From NCBI GenBank assembly GCA_030606485.1, contig JAUWGH010000006.1, positions 1-32,000 on the forward strand: 32,000 bases of DNA, read 5' to 3'. Origin of the DNA: Promethearchaeota archaeon (GTDB lineage: Archaea; Asgardarchaeota; Lokiarchaeia; Sigyniarchaeales; SOKP01). A model generated the notes under the pieces. It did not search any database. It had not been told where the DNA came from and worked only from the letters and a program-made list of their open reading frames with translations. The position numbers and the translations under genes are program-made. Shown piece after piece: positions 27,579 through 32,000 of the stretch (its first letter is position 1; each line of letters opens with the position of its first letter).

Positions 27579-27839
27579 ATGATAAAGTTGGATAAAAAGA
27601 CTCAAACTTTTTTATCAAGTAAATTATTATGTATCTGTCCTCTCTGTAAAAAATACATTTACGGTAAAGATATAGAAATTGTTAAAATTGAGCCCTCTAA
27701 AGTAAAACGATGGCCTATAACTGTTGTGCATTGTCATTCAAATAAAAATTATCCTATACATGCATTAACTCTTTATATTGATGCAAACTTCTCAATTCGT
27801 AGCAGAGATGTCTCACAATATTTAAAAATACAAACTTAA
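27579..27839 (+). CDS. Small putative metal-binding protein (CxxC…HxH…H; LYIDANF)
   Basis: 86 aa with CPLC, WPITVVHCH and HALTLYIDANFSIR. Confidence 0.65.
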   Translation: MIKLDKKTQTFLSSKLLCICPLCKKYIYGKDIEIVKIEPSKVKRWPITVVHCHSNKNYPIHALTLYIDANFSIRSRDVSQYLKIQT

Positions 27840-27888
27840 AATCAACTAAATGGAGTTTCAGTATCATATCCATTAGAGTTTTAAATCT

Positions 27889-30390
27889 TTATCTAAAATA
27901 TTTTCCAATTATTGAATTTTTATTTAAATTCAAATCTTCTGGCGAGCCCTCAGCTATTATTTCTCCACCAGCTGGACCGCCTCCAGGACCCAATTCTATG
28001 ATCCAATCAGTATAGGACAAAATATCCAGATCATGTTCAATAATTACAACACTATTCCCTCTCTCAACCAATTCATTTAATAATGTCAATAATTTCGCGA
28101 TATCATATGAATGAAGCCCTATGCTCGGCTCGTCCAATATGAGTAAAGAGTGAGCTTTCTTCTCTCGACCTAATTCTTTCGCCAACTTTACTCTTTGTGC
28201 TTCACCACCGCTTAAAGTAAGCGAAGATTGCCCCAAAGTCATATATCCCATACCAATTTTATCTAAAATCTCTAAAATTTTAACGATGTTTGTTTGACCT
28301 TTAAAAACTTCTAACGATTCCTTAACTGTTAAATCTAAAACTTCTCTAATTGTTTTTCCCTTATATCTAACTTCAAGAATTTCTGGTTTATATCTCATAC
28401 CTTTGCATTCATTACATGGAATCGATAGTCCGGGCAAGAACAGTGATATTTGCAGATCTTGATATCCATAACCTTTACAAGCTGGGCATCGTCCCTTATC
28501 AGAATTGAAACTGAAATGACCAGCTTTATATTTTTTCCTTTTTGCTAAAGGTTGTTTCGCGTATAAATTTCTAATCTTGTCCCATATCCCAATATAACTT
28601 GCTGGAAAGGAGGTTCGAAGGCGACTGAGAGGCTTTTGATTTACTATTATAACTTCATCAATATTTTCCCACCCAATTATATATCCTGAAGTTGTTAAAT
28701 CTCCCTCACCACCGTTTTCTACCTCCTCCAATGCCTTTATTTTTTTATTGCTTCTTTGCCTTTCGAAATAAGGTGTTATTAAGGGGACTAGTGTATCTGA
28801 AATGAGCGAGCTCTTTCCACTGCCAGATACACCCGCAATTCCCACTATTAAGCCCAATGGAATATCAACTTTAACATTTTTCAAATTATGAGTGTTAACT
28901 TTCTTTAAATTAATTTTGGGATTATGTTTAGAAACTTTCTTTCGATCATTAGCGCTCTTTTTAGGAATTTCCAATTCACCGCTTAAATATTTACCAGTAA
29001 TTGATCTTTTGGACCTTGTGATACCCTCTAATATTCCTTGATATACAATTTCTCCACCTTCAATTCCCGCACCAGGTCCCATATCGATTATCTCATCAGC
29101 AGAGGATATTAATTTTTTATCATGCTCAACTATGATAATGGTGTTTCCCAAATCTTTAAGCGATTTTAACATTTTCACGAGATTCTCTTTCTCTATTTCG
29201 TGAAGTCCCATTGTAGGCTCATCCAAAATGTATATTAGCGAATTTAATCCGGAATCCAGATGGTTCATTAACGCTAACCTGCTTAATTCCCCACCCGAAA
29301 GAGTGGGTAATTCCCGATTTAAGTGAAGATAAGGAAGTCCAACATTCACTATACTTTTTAACTTTTTTTGTATCAAACTTTTAAGACCACGGCCTTCAGA
29401 TGTTTTTAAATAGGAATTATCTAGAAGATCAAAGAACTCTATCAACTCTGTAATAGTCATCATTGCTAATTCACCAATATGTTTTTCGCTTATTTTGATT
29501 TCTCGGGCTCGATCGTTTATTCTATAACCCTTACATTCAGAACACAGTTCTTTTTTCATGTAATACTTCATAATTTTTTTTCTCCTATAATCACTCGTAC
29601 CAGAAGTCATCGCTCGTTCTATATGGGGTATAATTCCTTCAAATTTTCTTGCTCTCAAGACCCCCGAAAAAGTTTTGGATTCCCATCTAAAATTCAGCTT
29701 TTTGTTACTTCCAAATAAATACAAATGTTTAATCTCTTCTGGAAGGTCTTTATAAGGGGTATAAATGTCAAAGTCGAATATATCTCCCAATTGCTCTACC
29801 CAGTGGAGCTGGTCAGCAAAACAACCAGATCCAACTTTTGTAATCTCAATCAAGTTTAAATTTGGGTCCTTAACGATTAAATCCTCTGTAAAATGCATGA
29901 TATAACCCCTCCCTTTACATTCAAGGCACATCCCAGATGGTTCGTTGAAGCTAAAGTGTTTAATTTGCAATGGTTCGACTTGCATACCGCAAATGTCACA
30001 CTCTAAAGCCGGCTTTTCGACGAACTCTTTGCAAATCGGACAAATTAATACACCTTCAATTGCGTAGAACATTCTCAAAAGATTATAAATGATTGTTTTT
30101 GTCCCAACCGTGCTTCTAGGGTTAACAACTCTCGTTGTTCTCTGCTCCACAGCGATGGTGGGGCTCAATCCAGTTATCATATCGAACGGGGCTTCATCAC
30201 TCCCACGCGGCGGATAACCAACCGCCTGCATATATCTCCTTAACCCTTCGTCAAATATAGTGTCGAAAGCTAAGCTCGACTTTCCAGATCCACTCACTCC
30301 CGTTATTAATACCATTTTATTTTTCGGTATTGAGATATCTATATTTTTAAGATTATGAATTCGAGCGCCTTTAATTTCTATCTTATCCAT
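27889..30390 (-). CDS. uvrA: UvrA-family ABC ATPase, probably class II (UvrA2/DrrC-like)
   Basis: GARIHNLKNI, two GVSGSGKSSL Walker A motifs, LSGGE signatures, DEPTMGLH and DEPSIGLH, and Cys-pair Zn sites. At 833 aa it is shorter than canonical UvrA (~940 aa), and no uvrB/uvrC is in the window. Confidence 0.88.
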   Translation of the reverse strand: MDKIEIKGARIHNLKNIDISIPKNKMVLITGVSGSGKSSLAFDTIFDEGLRRYMQAVGYPPRGSDEAPFDMITGLSPTIAVEQRTTRVVNPRSTVGTKTIIYNLLRMFYAIEGVLICPICKEFVEKPALECDICGMQVEPLQIKHFSFNEPSGMCLECKGRGYIMHFTEDLIVKDPNLNLIEITKVGSGCFADQLHWVEQLGDIFDFDIYTPYKDLPEEIKHLYLFGSNKKLNFRWESKTFSGVLRARKFEGIIPHIERAMTSGTSDYRRKKIMKYYMKKELCSECKGYRINDRAREIKISEKHIGELAMMTITELIEFFDLLDNSYLKTSEGRGLKSLIQKKLKSIVNVGLPYLHLNRELPTLSGGELSRLALMNHLDSGLNSLIYILDEPTMGLHEIEKENLVKMLKSLKDLGNTIIIVEHDKKLISSADEIIDMGPGAGIEGGEIVYQGILEGITRSKRSITGKYLSGELEIPKKSANDRKKVSKHNPKINLKKVNTHNLKNVKVDIPLGLIVGIAGVSGSGKSSLISDTLVPLITPYFERQRSNKKIKALEEVENGGEGDLTTSGYIIGWENIDEVIIVNQKPLSRLRTSFPASYIGIWDKIRNLYAKQPLAKRKKYKAGHFSFNSDKGRCPACKGYGYQDLQISLFLPGLSIPCNECKGMRYKPEILEVRYKGKTIREVLDLTVKESLEVFKGQTNIVKILEILDKIGMGYMTLGQSSLTLSGGEAQRVKLAKELGREKKAHSLLILDEPSIGLHSYDIAKLLTLLNELVERGNSVVIIEHDLDILSYTDWIIELGPGGGPAGGEIIAEGSPEDLNLNKNSIIGKYFR

Positions 30391-30409
30391 GTTTTTCCCT
30401 CTTTATTTT

Positions 30410-31033
30410 TCAAACAAATGGTTGTCTTATTACTGTCTTTAATTTTTCAGGTGCAGTTTTTCTCGGATCGCTCAGATAGATCTCGTGGTGCTTTTGTTTA
30501 TGTCCATCAAAACTCCCTCCCTGCGATTTAATAAAATCATGTATCTTATCAATCGTTGGGCCCTCATCTTTAAATGGACCAATGTATAAGATGTGCGCAC
30601 TCTTTCCTTCATTAAATTTTTCTAATCGAAGGTTCGAAAAGATATCAGGGAGTTCTGGTTTTTTCTCTTTCGTAATCTCAATTGCCTTATCAATCATCTT
30701 TTGAGTAATCCAATCCGGTTGCATTATCATCATAGTCCATTCCCATTTATCTCTTTTACCTTCTCTGAAATCTTTCATATCCTTTGCCCACCACAACCCT
30801 TCTAGAGGTGGAACTACGTAATCCTTACCTCTCCCTTTGCTTAAAAACTTGGTCTTAAACGCAACCGGGTAAAGAACTCCGAGCGCGTCCGTGTACTCTT
30901 TAGAATCGCCTGGAGATCCCATTCCATCTATCATAAGGAATTGCATCTCGGGAACATCGACTATGACGACCTCGTTTACGCTAGGCTTGTACAATTCTTT
31001 AAATTTATTTTTAAAATCTATTTTTGTTGGCAT
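30410..31033 (-). CDS. GyrI-like small-molecule-binding protein
   Basis: KELYKP, FLMIDGMGSP, PPLEGLWW, WTMMIMQP, HILYIGPF and HHEIYLSDP. Confidence 0.85.
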   Translation of the reverse strand: MPTKIDFKNKFKELYKPSVNEVVIVDVPEMQFLMIDGMGSPGDSKEYTDALGVLYPVAFKTKFLSKGRGKDYVVPPLEGLWWAKDMKDFREGKRDKWEWTMMIMQPDWITQKMIDKAIEITKEKKPELPDIFSNLRLEKFNEGKSAHILYIGPFKDEGPTIDKIHDFIKSQGGSFDGHKQKHHEIYLSDPRKTAPEKLKTVIRQPFV

Positions 31034-31110
31034 ATTTTTTACCCTTTTTTTTGTTTTATTTCATGTGTTTAAAATCATCATTACTAATCTAACCATTTTA
31101 TTTACCTTCT

Positions 31111-31539
31111 TTATTTTTTATTTGGATTATATTTATATCCGCAATCGTAACATTCTTCGTCGTGAACGCATATCTCGCCTCCACATTCAGGACAAGTGTA
31201 AAGTAGCTTTTGCTCTTCAAGCCATTGATCCACTCCAATTTCTTTCATTCTATTTAAATTGTCTAAAAAATTAACGTTATATTTTGATTTATACCTATTG
31301 TTAATGCTCGTCAATCGTTCGCAAGGCATTTTTTCGCATTCAAAACAATATTCGATTTCATTATTTCTTAAAGCCTTGCAACCCTTCTTAACGAAAGCGC
31401 AATTTTTATCTTGAGCTTTACATCCCTTGCACCCTCTCTTATACCCCTTTTCCTCAAATAAGTCTTTCTTTTGGAGCAAATAGCTTCTACAAGCTCCACA
31501 ATAGACTCCACAACGACCAGCTAAATTATTTTCTTCCAT
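31111..31539 (-). CDS. DUF3795-like Cys-rich protein with a C-terminal Zn ribbon
   Basis: CGVYCGAC…CKGC…C…C…YCFECEKMPC, then CPECGG…CYDCG. Confidence 0.8.
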   Translation of the reverse strand: MEENNLAGRCGVYCGACRSYLLQKKDLFEEKGYKRGCKGCKAQDKNCAFVKKGCKALRNNEIEYCFECEKMPCERLTSINNRYKSKYNVNFLDNLNRMKEIGVDQWLEEQKLLYTCPECGGEICVHDEECYDCGYKYNPNKK

Positions 31540-31552
31540 GTATCAAATCCCC

Positions 31553-32000
31553 TTATAATTTGATTTTTGATAGTGCTTTAAACATGTTCTCTTCCAAATC
31601 GACTATACTCCAAATTATATCTCGCAATTCTTCTAAATTAACATGCGCGATACAATCGTTTCCGCCAGTCTCCATTGCCTCTTTTAACGCGCCAGAGAAC
31701 TCGCTCCACAATGCTACAGATTGTTTTGCGTTTAGTAACTGATTTTCTACGATCTCAATCTCTTCTTGGCTCCACGCTCGCGGACTCTCTTTGGCATATT
31801 GAGGGATCTCTTGTAGAAAATCAACAAATAAGTTTCTGAAATTTGATCCTCCAGTGCCGTATTCCTCGATGAATCCGTACATGCTTTCAAATTGCAAGTA
31901 GGACTGAGACGCCTTTCCTTCGGGGGAAGTGTGCATTTTAGTTGCACTAAGCGTATCTTTCCATTTACTTATGGATTTACCAAATTTTCTTATGCCACCA
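31553..32000 (-). CDS. C-terminal part of a gene entering from the right edge, probably DUF4872 / BtrH-like
   Basis: The frame stays open from 31936 to the window end (GGIRKFGKSISKWKDTLSATK-MHTS…), so the track Met is internal. MYGFIEEYGTGGSNFRNLFVDFLQE resembles DUF4872 as I recall it. Confidence 0.6.
   Translation of the reverse strand, partial: GGIRKFGKSISKWKDTLSATKMHTSPEGKASQSYLQFESMYGFIEEYGTGGSNFRNLFVDFLQEIPQYAKESPRAWSQEEIEIVENQLLNAKQSVALWSEFSGALKEAMETGGNDCIAHVNLEELRDIIWSIVDLEENMFKALSKIKL

Noticed and set aside
31553-31936. 127-aa complete protein starting at Met 31936
   Set aside because: The frame is open to the window end, so this is the C-terminal part of a longer gene.
7236-31947. 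Short shadow ORFs in the track (7236, 9397, 10683, 13499, 14167, 15355, 16712, 18313, 19663, 19936, 21095, 24913, 25558, 26691, 27234, 29479, 30891, 31560, 31747)
   Set aside because: They overlap longer motif-bearing genes, mostly antisense or out of frame, and show the F/S/I-rich composition expected from reverse-reading K/E-rich genes. None has a recognisable motif.
1-32000. CRISPR array, tRNA, rRNA, transposase or integrase
   Set aside because: I saw no regularly spaced repeats, cloverleaf-like GC-rich segments, rRNA-like composition or recombinase motifs. A tRNAscan-SE/Infernal run would be the decisive check.

Overview
Very AT-rich prokaryotic window of about 30 genes, most likely from an Asgard archaeon (Lokiarchaeia/Promethearchaeota-like). 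That placement is inferred mainly from a two-domain gelsolin gene. Left to right: SCP2 plus SCP2-type thiolase; a small defence island (cryptic Cys-rich ORF, Type IIG R-M fusion, Dam-type methylase, unknown 295-aa gene); a D-cysteine desulfhydrase-family enzyme with an extra Cys-rich tail; an alpha/beta hydrolase; a co-oriented GNAT - Clp1-like kinase - circularly permuted ATP-grasp ligase - M14-like peptidase run; a long coiled-coil protein; a gelsolin-Zn-ribbon fusion followed by a stand-alone copy of the same Zn ribbon; an aminotransferase; a tail-anchored helical protein; a GT-C / GT2-GtrA / methyltransferase glycosylation cluster; an ABC-2 exporter plus LysE; and a class II UvrA - GyrI-like - DUF3795 - DUF4872-like cassette running off the right edge. 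The best candidates for undescribed biology are the translationally coupled ligase/peptidase pair (11996-14552) and the gelsolin/Zn-ribbon pair (17769-19148). I saw no rRNA, tRNA, CRISPR array or transposase. Two ORF-track strand labels are wrong: 22879..23982 and 24971..25939 are on the + strand. All family assignments come from reading motifs by eye; no database search was run.
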